From Actinomycetota bacterium (GTDB taxonomy: Bacteria; Actinomycetota; Thermoleophilia; UBA2241), in NCBI GenBank assembly GCA_012514235.1, contig JAAZAR010000159.1:1065-65064 (forward strand): a DNA stretch of 64,000 bases, read 5' to 3'. The position numbers and the translations under genes were made by a program. Of the stretch, positions 17,589 through 27,192 are shown piece by piece; positions within the stretch are counted from its first letter, which is position 1, and every line of letters begins with the position of its first letter. The notes under the pieces are model-generated. The model did no database searches, had not been told where the DNA came from, and was given only the letters and a program-made list of their open reading frames with translations.

Positions 17589-18707
17589 ATGGCCGCCGAC
17601 CTGGACAGCCACGCCTGCGACGCCCGCTTCCCGGGCCTGCAGGCGGTCCGCCTCATCAGGCGGGCGATCGACCACGCGCGCCTGGACCTCAAAGGGCTGC
17701 GCGTGCTCACGGAGGCGTCCGTCGGCTACCGCCGCGTCGCGCCGGTCGTCGCGGCGCTGGCCGGCGCGGACGAGGTGTACGCGGTGGGACGCGACAGCGT
17801 CGCCGCCTCGCGCAAGGAGGCCGAGGAGCAGACCGCGTACTTCGCCGAGATCGCCCACGTGAGCTCACGGGTGAAGCTCCTTTCGACGCGTCTGCAGGCG
17901 CCGCTGGAGGCCGTGGACATCGTGACGGACCTGCCCGGCGTGCGTCCGGTCGACGAGTCGGTCCTGCGCACCATCGCCGATACCGCCGCCGTCGCGCTGC
18001 TACACGGCACGGCGCACTGGCGTGCCTCCGACGTGGACGTCGCCACCTGCCGTCGCCACGGCATCGCGGTCGCCGCGCTGGACGAAGAAGCCATCGGCCT
18101 CTACCGCTACACGCCGCTGGGCGTCCTCGCCGGCCTGCTCGACCTGGCGGTCGAGGTCGCCGGCTCGACGGTGGTCATCGCCGGCGAGGCGCCGTGCGTG
18201 CCCTACGTGGTCCAGGCGTTGACGCGCCTCGGTGCGCGCGTCCTCGTCGCCGCGCCGCAGACGGCAGGCCGCATCGAGCTCTTCGGCGGAGAGAAGGCCG
18301 GGGATGCAATCGGCGACGACGGCGTCCTGGGGCGTCTCGCCGAGGCGGACGCTCTGGTGCTCTGCCCGGCCGCCGACGTGCGCACTGTCGGCCCCGGCTC
18401 GCCCGTCGACGCAACTCTCTTCGCAGCCGCGGCGCCGCACGTCGCCGTGGTCGGTGTGGACGCCGAGAGCGACCTGCGGGCGCTCGCTTCGGCCGGCTTG
18501 CGCTGCCGCCCGGCCGGCGGCCCCGCGGGCGAGTCCGACCTGCTCCCGCAGGCGGTGATCGCCCGTCACGCTGCCGCCCTCAAGGTAGCCGCGACCATGA
18601 CTCGGGCGCGAAAGCGCGGCTCGTCGCCGCTCGCCGCAGAGCAGCTCGCCGCCGCAGAAGCCCACGCCGAGCTGTTCCCCAAGGACCTGAGCGCCGTCCG
18701 CCGCTGA
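17589..18707 (+). CDS. hypothetical protein (372 aa, Ala/Val-rich, possibly Rossmann-like)
   Basis: A long GC3-biased ORF with no motif I can name. Confidence 0.55.
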   Translation: MAADLDSHACDARFPGLQAVRLIRRAIDHARLDLKGLRVLTEASVGYRRVAPVVAALAGADEVYAVGRDSVAASRKEAEEQTAYFAEIAHVSSRVKLLSTRLQAPLEAVDIVTDLPGVRPVDESVLRTIADTAAVALLHGTAHWRASDVDVATCRRHGIAVAALDEEAIGLYRYTPLGVLAGLLDLAVEVAGSTVVIAGEAPCVPYVVQALTRLGARVLVAAPQTAGRIELFGGEKAGDAIGDDGVLGRLAEADALVLCPAADVRTVGPGSPVDATLFAAAAPHVAVVGVDAESDLRALASAGLRCRPAGGPAGESDLLPQAVIARHAAALKVAATMTRARKRGSSPLAAEQLAAAEAHAELFPKDLSAVRR

Positions 18708-18799
18708 GCGCGGCGGCGCGTCCGGCGCCTGGCCGCGTCGTCGCCGCCCCTGACGACTCCACGTGCGCGCGTCAGGACGACCGGCCTCGAGGCCGATGG

Positions 18800-18805
18800 T
18801 AGAAT
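18800..18805 (+). promoter_or_regulatory. candidate extended -10 (TGgTAGAAT) for the flippase/GT block
   Basis: The best -10 match in the window, about 95 nt upstream of the ATG at 18901. Confidence 0.35.
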
Positions 18806-18900
18806 CCGGCAGATCACGACCGGCAGCCGGCGGCAGTCCCCGCGGCCGGCCGCACCCACCGAGCTCCGGAGGCACCACGAACCCATTCGCCCGCCGACGC

Positions 18901-20625
18901 ATGGGTGAGCGCACGAAGGCGAGCAGCCACGGCTACTCGCTGCTGCTGAAGGACTCCGTGATCTACGGCGGCGGTCGCATGCTGCAGAAGTTCCTCACGG
19001 CCCTCATGCTGCCGCTCTTCACGGCGTTCATGACGAAGGCCGACTACGGCATCGTCGGCATGGTGGTCACGGTCACGACCTTCCTCGACGTCTTCGTCAC
19101 GCTGGGCTTCGACGTCGCGTTCACGCGCTTCTACTTCGACGACCAGGACGCCGGCCACCGCAGCAAGGTCATCACCCACGTCTTCTACGTGGACTTCTTC
19201 TATCCGGCCGTGCTGCTCGGCGCCCTGATCGCGTTCATGCCCCAGATCTCCACGCTGATCATGGGCGAGAGCGGGTACGCGCTCTACTTCGACATCGGTC
19301 TCGCCACGCTCTTCTTCACCAACCTCAGCGACCTGCCGTTCACGCTGCTGCGGCTGGAGCACCGCCCCTGGACGTTCACGGCCTACACGGTCGCGCGCGT
19401 GCTCATGCAGGTGCCGATGGCCATCGTGTTCCTCGCCGTGTTCCACTGGGGGCCTGCCGGCTACCTGGGCGCCAACCTGGCCACGGCGATCATCCTCAAC
19501 CTGGCGGCGCTGCCGATCTACGTGCGCAAGCTGCGCTTCCTGTGGGACGCGAAGCTCATGCGGTCGATGCTCGACTTCGCGATCCCGGCGATGTTCACGG
19601 CGATCTCGTTCTTCTTCCTCAAGCTCAGCGACCGGTTCTTCCTGCAGCATTACCAGAGCCTCGCCGTCGTCGGCCTCTACACCGTCGCCAACTCACTCTC
19701 GCAACCGCTCTACATCGTAGGGATGGCCTTCCGCATGGCCTGGCCGCAGTGGCACTACGCCAAGCTGCACGAGCCGGAGAAGCACAAGCGCATGGTCTCG
19801 CGCTCGTCGACCTATTTCATGGCGTTCAACGGGGCGCTGCTCACGCTGGTCGGCTTCTACCTGCCGCTGGTGATCCACGTGCTGCTCAATCGGAGCTTCT
19901 GGTCGGTGGGCCCGACCACGTTCGTCCTCACGTTCTCGGTGGCTCTCTACAACCTGTACTTCATCTTCTGGATCGGGGCGAACGTGGCCAAGAAGAACCG
20001 GCTCATCCCGGTGATCACGCTGGTCGCGTCCGGCGTGAACGTGGGCCTGAACATCCTGCTCGTGCCGGCCTACGGGATGTGGGCGGCGGCGTGGAACACG
20101 GCGATCGGGTTCGGCGTTCTCGCCGTCCTCGTCTACTTCGTCTCGAACAGGTGGTATCCGATCCCATACGAGTGGCGGAGACTGATCACCATCGGCGTGG
20201 CTACCGCCCTCACGCTCGGCGCCGGCTGGGCGATCGGGCTGGCCGCCGGCGTGCAGGTCGACCAGCCGCTGGTCGACCTGATCCTCGGCCAGCTCGCGAT
20301 GACGCCGGCGCTGCTCGTGTTCCCGCTCGTGCTCTGGGCGGCGAGGTTCTTCACGCCCCGGGAGCGGGAGCGGCTGCGCGCGTTTGCGCGCCGGCTCACG
20401 CCCGGACGGCGGACGACTGCGGGCGGGCGAACGGCCGGCACGGGGGCGACCGCCGGCGTCGGAGCGGCCGGCGTGGCGGCTGTGACGGCCGCCACGAGCG
20501 CCGCCGCCGCCGGCCACGCCGACCCTGCTCTCCAGCTCAGCGAGGACGATCTGGAGGCCGAGGAGGAGGAGACGGAGATCGAGGCGGAAGTGGACGTCGC
20601 CGAGGGCGGGAGCACGCAGCTGTGA
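18901..20625 (+). CDS. MOP-superfamily polysaccharide flippase (Wzx-like)
   Basis: A polytopic membrane protein. 'LLKDSVIYGGGRMLQKFLTALMLPLFTAFMTKADYGIVG' is typical of polysaccharide biosynthesis/flippase N-termini. The C-terminal tail is Ala-rich and acidic. Confidence 0.8.
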   Translation: MGERTKASSHGYSLLLKDSVIYGGGRMLQKFLTALMLPLFTAFMTKADYGIVGMVVTVTTFLDVFVTLGFDVAFTRFYFDDQDAGHRSKVITHVFYVDFFYPAVLLGALIAFMPQISTLIMGESGYALYFDIGLATLFFTNLSDLPFTLLRLEHRPWTFTAYTVARVLMQVPMAIVFLAVFHWGPAGYLGANLATAIILNLAALPIYVRKLRFLWDAKLMRSMLDFAIPAMFTAISFFFLKLSDRFFLQHYQSLAVVGLYTVANSLSQPLYIVGMAFRMAWPQWHYAKLHEPEKHKRMVSRSSTYFMAFNGALLTLVGFYLPLVIHVLLNRSFWSVGPTTFVLTFSVALYNLYFIFWIGANVAKKNRLIPVITLVASGVNVGLNILLVPAYGMWAAAWNTAIGFGVLAVLVYFVSNRWYPIPYEWRRLITIGVATALTLGAGWAIGLAAGVQVDQPLVDLILGQLAMTPALLVFPLVLWAARFFTPRERERLRAFARRLTPGRRTTAGGRTAGTGATAGVGAAGVAAVTAATSAAAAGHADPALQLSEDDLEAEEEETEIEAEVDVAEGGSTQL

Positions 20626-20677
20626 CGCCGCCCAGGCAAGCCGGCGCGCCGCGCGCCACGAGGAAGGACCGGGACGC

Positions 20678-21904
20678 ATGAAGAAGCTGCTCGTGATCGC
20701 CAACCCGTACCCGCCGATGGCGAGCGCCGGGACGACCCGGGTGGTCCGCTTCATCCGGCACCTGCCGGACGAGGGCTGGCAGCCGTCCGTCCTCACCGCG
20801 AAGGCCGAGGGCCCGGCAGCGGTGCCGCCGGGCGTCCGCGTGGCCCGCGCCGCCGTGCCCTGGCCGAAACGGCTGCTCGGCGGCGGCCGCCGGAGCACGC
20901 GCATCAACCGCTGGGTGGCGGTGCCCGATCCCTACTTCGCCTGGATCGGGCCGGCGGTGCTCAAGGGCCGCGAGATCTTCAGACGCGAGCGCTTCGACGC
21001 GATCCTGAGCAGCTCTCCGCGCGCGAGCGTGCACCTTGCGGCCGCCGTACTCTCCGAGCACGCGGACGTGCCGTGGCTGGCAGACTACCGCGACCCGTGG
21101 TCCACCTACCAGTTCCGGCAGTACCCCACGCAGGCGCACAGAGCCGCCCACGAGAGACTGGAGGCGTGGGCGCTGCGGCGCGCCGCGGCCGTCACCGCCG
21201 TCAACCGGCCGATCGCCGACGACCTCGTCGCGCGGCATCCCTGGCTGGCCGGCCGGACCCACGTGCTGCCCAACGGCTTCGACCGCGCCGAGCAGCCGGC
21301 CGACGTGCGGCTCGGCGACGGCTTCTGGATCGTGCACACCGGCAGGCTGTACGGTCGCGAGCAGCAGGTCGCCGCCTTCCTCGAGGCGCTCGCGGCGCAG
21401 CCGCCGGAGGTCAAAGCCTTTTTCGTCGGCGTCGACGAGAGCCGGGTACGGCCGGACGCCGACCGGTTGGGCCTCGGCGACCGCGTGCGCGTGGAGCCGC
21501 TGGTACCGCTGCCGCTGGCGCTCGGCTACCAGCGTGCCGCGGACGCGCTCCTGCTCGTCAATGGGCGCCGGCCGGAGAGCATGTCCAGCAAGGTGTTCGA
21601 GTACCTGCAGGCCGGCCGGCCCATCTTCGCCATCTCGCCCGCCGGCTCCGCCGCCCGTGCCCTCTTCGAGGAGGTCGGCGGCGGCACGTGCGTGCTGCCC
21701 GACGACCCCATGGGAGGGCCGCTGGCCGACTTCGTCGCCGCGGCCCGCGCCGGCACGGCGCCCGTGGCCGATCCGGCCGCCCTGGGCCGCTACGAACTCG
21801 CCCAGCTCACGCGCGAGCTGGCCGCCATCCTCGACGAGCTCGCGGCGCACCCCTGGACGGCCGACCCTGACGACAGGGCGCCCTCGCAGGAGCCGCGGCG
21901 CTAA
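20678..21904 (+). CDS. glycosyltransferase, GT4-like
   Basis: 'MKKLLVIANPYPP...GTTRVVRF' at the N-terminus and 'MSSKVFEYLQAGRPIFAI' at the C-terminus (a GT-B EX7E-type region). Confidence 0.75.
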   Translation: MKKLLVIANPYPPMASAGTTRVVRFIRHLPDEGWQPSVLTAKAEGPAAVPPGVRVARAAVPWPKRLLGGGRRSTRINRWVAVPDPYFAWIGPAVLKGREIFRRERFDAILSSSPRASVHLAAAVLSEHADVPWLADYRDPWSTYQFRQYPTQAHRAAHERLEAWALRRAAAVTAVNRPIADDLVARHPWLAGRTHVLPNGFDRAEQPADVRLGDGFWIVHTGRLYGREQQVAAFLEALAAQPPEVKAFFVGVDESRVRPDADRLGLGDRVRVEPLVPLPLALGYQRAADALLLVNGRRPESMSSKVFEYLQAGRPIFAISPAGSAARALFEEVGGGTCVLPDDPMGGPLADFVAAARAGTAPVADPAALGRYELAQLTRELAAILDELAAHPWTADPDDRAPSQEPRR

Positions 21905-21913
21905 GATGCAGGC

Positions 21914-23524
21914 ATGACCGTGAGCTCAGGCACAAGGCCGCCGGACCATCCGGCCGCCCCAGGCGGTCGCGCGGACGGGCGGCGCTTCTCCGCCGCCGAC
22001 GCCGCGCTGATCGGCGGCGGCGCGGTCCTGACCGTGCTCGTGGCGGCGGCCGCCACGCGCAGCGCGCCGGCCGCCGTCGCCCTCCTCCTGGCCATCAGCC
22101 TCGTGGCGGTCGTGGCGCTCGGCCGCGAGCGTCTGGCGCGCGCCTCCGTGGGCGCCGTCCTCACGGCGTTGCTCGTCTCCCTGCCCGTGCTCGCACTGCT
22201 CGGGCCCTCGTTCGCACTGCCCGCGTTCCCGCAGGCGTTCCTCTTCCGCATCGTCCTCGCCGTCGTCCTCTACGCCGGCGTCTGTTACCTGCTGGTGCGC
22301 CGCGATCCTCTGCCTTTCGCCGCCAAGGACCTTCTGCTGCCGGCCGTGCTCTGGTTCGCCTGGCTCCTCCTGGGAGTGGTCTGGTCGCCCGACAAGCTCA
22401 CCGCCCTCAACCACATCGCCATCGTCGTCACCATGGCCGCCGTGCTGCTGGCGACGGCGGCGGCCGGCGGCACTCGCCGTCGCCTCGTCTGGTTCGGCGC
22501 CACCATGCTCCTCGGCTACGCGTTCATCGTCGGGTTCACGATCCTCGAGGCGAGGCTCGGCATCCGTCTGCCCACCTCCCGCCTGCTCACCGCCGTGACG
22601 TCACAGACCTATGCGGTCACCAGCGTCTTCCACAACCAGAACGACCTGGCCACGTACATCGTCATCTGCTGGCCGTTCATGCTCTGCGCCCTCTTCTTCA
22701 CGCGGCGCCTGCGGTGGATCGCGCTCACCCTCCTCTTCATGGCCATGGGCGCGGCGGCATTCGTGCGGACGGGCTCGCGATCGAGCCTGGTCGCGGCCGG
22801 CATCTCCTCGCTCGCGGCGATCGTCCTCTTCTGGCATCTCGGCCCCCGACTCTCGAGCCGCACCGGCAAGGTCGTGATGGGCCTCGTGATCGTCGTGATC
22901 CTGGCGGCCGCCGGCTGGCTTCTCTTCAACAACAGCTCCAACGACATGCTGCGGCAGTTCCGCCTGGAGGCGTTGCTCAGCCAGGCGCAGGCCAAGAAGG
23001 GGTCCGGCGCGATCCGCACGAGCCTGACCGAACGCGGGCTGGGCCTGGCAGGCGGCACGTGGCTGCTGGGCGCCGGACCAGGACAGGCCGAGGGCATCAT
23101 CGGCTCGGGCACCGACGCCCTTGGCATCACCAACCTCCACAACTGGTGGCTCGAGACCTACGCCAACGGCGGCCTCGTGGGGTTCGCCCTCCACTTCGTG
23201 TTCTTCGTGCTGCTCGTGGTGGCGCTGTGGCCGATCGCGAGGAGCGACCCCGATCCGCTGACGCGCTACCTCGCCAGCGGGACCTGGCTGGCGCTGCTCG
23301 GGTGGACCATCGGGTCGGTCGGACCGAGCAGCTCGGTGAGCTTCGCGCCCATGTGGATCCTGTACGGGCTCGCCCTCGCCGTCGTCTCCCGCTCCCGCCT
23401 CGCGGCGCGGGAGCGAGCCCTGACGACGGCCGCGGGCGAGCCCGACGACGCGGCAGCCGACACCGCCGCCGGCACGCGTGCCGACCCCGGCGGCGGACCC
23501 ACGGCTCCGGAGCCCGGCGCGTGA
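21914..23524 (+). CDS. O-antigen ligase/polymerase-like membrane protein (Wzy/WaaL family)
   Basis: At least 10 predicted TM segments and a 'NLHNWWLETYANGGLVGFALH' loop motif typical of the family. Confidence 0.7.
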   Translation: MTVSSGTRPPDHPAAPGGRADGRRFSAADAALIGGGAVLTVLVAAAATRSAPAAVALLLAISLVAVVALGRERLARASVGAVLTALLVSLPVLALLGPSFALPAFPQAFLFRIVLAVVLYAGVCYLLVRRDPLPFAAKDLLLPAVLWFAWLLLGVVWSPDKLTALNHIAIVVTMAAVLLATAAAGGTRRRLVWFGATMLLGYAFIVGFTILEARLGIRLPTSRLLTAVTSQTYAVTSVFHNQNDLATYIVICWPFMLCALFFTRRLRWIALTLLFMAMGAAAFVRTGSRSSLVAAGISSLAAIVLFWHLGPRLSSRTGKVVMGLVIVVILAAAGWLLFNNSSNDMLRQFRLEALLSQAQAKKGSGAIRTSLTERGLGLAGGTWLLGAGPGQAEGIIGSGTDALGITNLHNWWLETYANGGLVGFALHFVFFVLLVVALWPIARSDPDPLTRYLASGTWLALLGWTIGSVGPSSSVSFAPMWILYGLALAVVSRSRLAARERALTTAAGEPDDAAADTAAGTRADPGGGPTAPEPGA

Positions 23525-24717
23525 GGGTCCTCGTCGTCTCGCACCTGTACCCCTCCCCGGGCGTGGAGCGCCACCTGTTCGTGCACGAGCAACTGCTGAC
23601 GCTCCGCGAGCTCGGCGTGGAGCCGCACGTGATCTCGCCGACGCCGTGGGTGCCGCGGGTGCTCTGGCGCGACGAGCGCCAGCGGCGCCGCGGCGAGAAG
23701 CCCAGGCAGGCGGTCCGCGACGGCATCACCGCCGACTACCCACGCTTCGTCCAGCCTCCCAAACGCCTGCTGTTCGACCGCCTGGGCGACATCGCCTACA
23801 GGAGCGCGCGCTCGCTGCCGTCAGTGACCGCCGGGGGGTGGGACCTCATCCACGCGCACCAGGCGCTGCCGGACGGTGCCATGGCGCAGCGCCTGGCCGC
23901 CGACCTGCGCGTGCCCTGCGTCGTCACCGTGCACGGCGCCGACGTGTACCAGCACCTGCGCATGGGCGGCGGCGTCGAGAAGCGCGCCAAGGCGGTACTC
24001 GCCGCCGCCGACGCCGTGATGGCCAACTCGAGCGCCGTCGCCGGCCTGCTCGAGCGCGTGGTCGCGCCTGAGAAGCTCACCGTGGTGCTCAACGGGACGA
24101 CCGGCCTCGGCGAGTCGGTCGAGCCGGCGAGCGACTACCTGCCCGGCGAGCCCCTGGTACTGACGGTCGGGTACCTCATCGAGCGCAAGGGCATCCGCGA
24201 CCTCGTGGCGGCCCTGGGCTTGCTGCGCCGCCAGGGCCGCACCGTCCACCTCGCCATCGCCGGCGACGGGCCGCTGCGTGGCGCCCTGCAGGCGCAGGCC
24301 GCGCAGGAGGGCGTCGCCGACACCGTCCACTTCCTCGGCCGCGTGCCTCACGCGCGCGTGCTCGCACTCATGGCGCGCGCGCAGCTGGTGGCCTTGCCCA
24401 GCTGGGACGAGGCGTTCGGGCTCGTCTACACGGAGGCGATGGCGCAAGGCACGCCCGTCGTCGCCGGCAAGGGAGAGGGCCCCGAGGATTTCATCACCGA
24501 CGGTGAGAGCGGCTACCTCGTCCCGGTTCGCTCGCCCGATGCGCTGGCGAGTATCATTGCGCAGGTGCTGGACGACCCGGAGAAGGCCGCGGCCGTCGGC
24601 CAGGCCGGCCGCGCCGCCGCCCTCGAGCTGAGCTGGGAGCGCAACGCGCGGCTCACGCTCGGCGTGTACGAGCGCGTCCTCGCCGAAGCACCCCGAAAGG
24701 ACGCCAGTGCGGTTTGA
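23521..24717 (+). CDS. glycosyltransferase, GT4
   Basis: 'VRVLVVSHLYPSPG', 'HAHQALPDG' and 'EAFGLVYTEAMAQGTPVVAG'. The GTG start overlaps the upstream stop (GTGA). Confidence 0.85.
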   Translation: MRVLVVSHLYPSPGVERHLFVHEQLLTLRELGVEPHVISPTPWVPRVLWRDERQRRRGEKPRQAVRDGITADYPRFVQPPKRLLFDRLGDIAYRSARSLPSVTAGGWDLIHAHQALPDGAMAQRLAADLRVPCVVTVHGADVYQHLRMGGGVEKRAKAVLAAADAVMANSSAVAGLLERVVAPEKLTVVLNGTTGLGESVEPASDYLPGEPLVLTVGYLIERKGIRDLVAALGLLRRQGRTVHLAIAGDGPLRGALQAQAAQEGVADTVHFLGRVPHARVLALMARAQLVALPSWDEAFGLVYTEAMAQGTPVVAGKGEGPEDFITDGESGYLVPVRSPDALASIIAQVLDDPEKAAAVGQAGRAAALELSWERNARLTLGVYERVLAEAPRKDASAV

Positions 24718-25927
24718 CACGTTCGTACAGCAGTCCGCGGCGCGCCACCCGGCGCTCGTGTTCCAGGTCTCCTGGGCCAACGGCCTCGACATCATCCGTG
24801 ACCTCTCGGCCGAGGGCGTGCCGCTCCTGGCGCTCGACGCCAACGAGCGCGCCCTCGGCCTCCGCTCCCGGCTCGCCGCCGGCATGGTCTGCCCGGACCC
24901 TCGGGCGGACGAGGAGGCGTTCGTCGGCTTCCTCGAGGACCTCGGTCGCCGGCTGCCGTGCAAAGGCGTCCTCTTCCCGACCCACGACCAGTACATCTGG
25001 CCGATCTCGAAGCACGCGGAGCGCCTCGAGCCCTACTACTTCATCCCGTTCTCCCGCTGGGAGACCATGCGGCGCCTGCACGACAAGCGCGCCCAGATGG
25101 AGGCGGCCTGGCGCGTGCACGTCGATACGCCGAAGACCGTGTTCGTCGACTCTGCCGAGGATCTCGAGCGCGGCGCAGAGGTTGTCGGCTTCCCCTGCAT
25201 CTTCAAGCCCGTCGAGTCGCTGGCGTTCAAGACGCGCTTCCGGCGGCATGTGCTGGAGATCGGGTCCGCCAAGGAACTGCGCGAGACGTACGCCAAGGTG
25301 GACGATTGCGGTACGCTGATGATGCAGGACATCGTGCCGGGCGGAGACGAGGAGCTCTACACGCTGGGCTCGTACCTCGACGTGCAGAGCCGGCCGCTGG
25401 CCGTGTTCACCGGGCACAAGCTGCGCCAGCACCCGCCGCGGTTCGGCCACGTGAGCATGGCGGTGAGCCGCTGGGTGCCCGAGCTCGCCGAGGCGGGGCT
25501 CCGTCTCCTCGGCGAGCTCGGCTACCACGGCGTCAGCCAGGTCGAGTTCAAGCGCGACCCCCGTGACGGCAGGTACCGTCTCATGGAAGTCAACGCGCGC
25601 CACTGGATGTGGCATTCGCTCGCCACCGCCTGCGGCGTGAACCTCTCGCTCGCCGCCTATCGCGACGCCATCGGCGAGCCCTACATGTCGGCGCACCAGG
25701 TGGATGGGCTCAAATGGGTGGTCTCGTTCACCGATGCCCGCGACGCGTTCAGGCGCTGGCGTCGCGGCACGGAGAAGCTTCTGCCGTGGCTCGCGAGCTA
25801 CCGCGGCGTACGTGTCGACGGGCTGTACTCCCTCCGCGACCCCCTGCCCGGCGCGCTGATGACGGCGCGCCAGCTCAGGAACATCATCCGGCGCAGCGGC
25901 AAGCCGGCCGAAGGGGAGTCGGTATGA
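24707..25927 (+). CDS. ATP-grasp carboxylate-amine ligase-like protein (paralog 1)
   Basis: 'FPCIFKPVESLAFK', 'LMMQDIVPGGDEELYTLGSY', and 'HGVSQVEFKRDPRDGRYRLMEVNARHW' (an ATP-grasp Mg/ATP motif E..N). It overlaps the upstream gene by 11 nt. Confidence 0.75.
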   Translation: MRFDTFVQQSAARHPALVFQVSWANGLDIIRDLSAEGVPLLALDANERALGLRSRLAAGMVCPDPRADEEAFVGFLEDLGRRLPCKGVLFPTHDQYIWPISKHAERLEPYYFIPFSRWETMRRLHDKRAQMEAAWRVHVDTPKTVFVDSAEDLERGAEVVGFPCIFKPVESLAFKTRFRRHVLEIGSAKELRETYAKVDDCGTLMMQDIVPGGDEELYTLGSYLDVQSRPLAVFTGHKLRQHPPRFGHVSMAVSRWVPELAEAGLRLLGELGYHGVSQVEFKRDPRDGRYRLMEVNARHWMWHSLATACGVNLSLAAYRDAIGEPYMSAHQVDGLKWVVSFTDARDAFRRWRRGTEKLLPWLASYRGVRVDGLYSLRDPLPGALMTARQLRNIIRRSGKPAEGESV

Positions 25928-25967
25928 ACGCGCCGCTGGCGGCGCGCCGCTCCGGAAGGCGCGGACG

Positions 25968-27182
25968 ATGAGGCCGGAGCGGTTCTTCCGGGCGGCGGCC
26001 GCGAAGCCGCCCGCCGCCGTCTTCCAGGTCAGCTACTCCTGCGGCCTGGACATCCTGCGCGACCTCGGGCGCCACGGCGTGCCCATGCTGGCGCTCGATC
26101 CGGACCCCAAGGCGATAGGCCTGCGCTCGCGCTACGCCGCCGGCCGGGTCTGCCCCGACCCGCTCGTCGACGAGGAGGCGTTCCTCATCTGGCTGGAGAC
26201 GCTCGGGCGGTCGCTCCCGCAGCGCGCCGTCGTCTTCCCCAGCCACGACGAGTTCATCTGGCCGCTCTCGCGCTACGCCAGGCGGCTCGAGCCCTGGTTC
26301 ATCGTGCCGTTCTCTCGCTGGGACGTGATGAGCAAGGTGCACGACAAGCGCGCCCAGCTGGAGGCGGCCTGGCGCGCCGGCGTCGACACGCCGAAGACCG
26401 TCTTCGTCGGCTCCGGCGCGGAGCTCCAGGCCGCGGCCGGCCAGATCCGCTTCCCGGCGGTGCTCAAACCGGTCGAGTCGCTGGCGTTCAAGCTCCGCTT
26501 CCACCGCCACATCCTCGACGTCGCGACGCCGGACGACCTCGCACGCATCTACGACAAGGTGGACGATCTCGGCCTCCTGATGCTGCAGGAGCGCATCCCC
26601 GGAGGAGAGGACGAGCTCTGGACCGTCGGGTCCTACCTGGACGCGGAGTCGCGGCCGCTCGCGATGTTCACCGGCCACAAGCTGCGGCAGTACCCGCACG
26701 CCGGCGGCAGCTGCCTCGCCGGAGTGAGCCGCTGGGACCAGCGGCTGGCCGACGCCGCCCTGCGGCTGCTGCAGGAGCTCCACTTCCACGGCGTCAGCCA
26801 GGTGGAGTTCAAGCGCGACCCGCGGGACGGCCGCTTCTGCCTCATGGAGATCAACGCGCGGCACTGGAAGTGGCACGGGCTCGCCGCACAGTGCGGCGTG
26901 AACCTCTCGTTCGTCGCCTATCGAGACGCGATCGGCGATCCGTACCTCGCCCACCGGCAGCGGGACGGCGTCAAGTGGATCGTCGCCAACAAGGACGTGC
27001 CGCTGGCGCTGCTCGAGATCGCGAAGCGCGAGCGCAACGCCGGCGAGTACGTGCGCTCGCTGCGCGGCACACGCATGGACGGGCTGCACGCGATCGACGA
27101 CCCGCTGCCTGGCCTGCTCAATGCCGGCGCCGTGCTCAGGCAGGTCGTGACGCGCGCGCCGCGCGCGAGGGCGGACGTGTGA
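25968..27182 (+). CDS. ATP-grasp carboxylate-amine ligase-like protein (paralog 2)
   Basis: Collinear with paralog 1 over its full length ('FPAVLKPVESLAFK', 'HGVSQVEFKRDPRDGRFCLMEINARHW'). The two also share DNA-level similarity. Confidence 0.75.
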   Translation: MRPERFFRAAAAKPPAAVFQVSYSCGLDILRDLGRHGVPMLALDPDPKAIGLRSRYAAGRVCPDPLVDEEAFLIWLETLGRSLPQRAVVFPSHDEFIWPLSRYARRLEPWFIVPFSRWDVMSKVHDKRAQLEAAWRAGVDTPKTVFVGSGAELQAAAGQIRFPAVLKPVESLAFKLRFHRHILDVATPDDLARIYDKVDDLGLLMLQERIPGGEDELWTVGSYLDAESRPLAMFTGHKLRQYPHAGGSCLAGVSRWDQRLADAALRLLQELHFHGVSQVEFKRDPRDGRFCLMEINARHWKWHGLAAQCGVNLSFVAYRDAIGDPYLAHRQRDGVKWIVANKDVPLALLEIAKRERNAGEYVRSLRGTRMDGLHAIDDPLPGLLNAGAVLRQVVTRAPRARADV

Positions 27183-27192
27183 GGATGCGCGG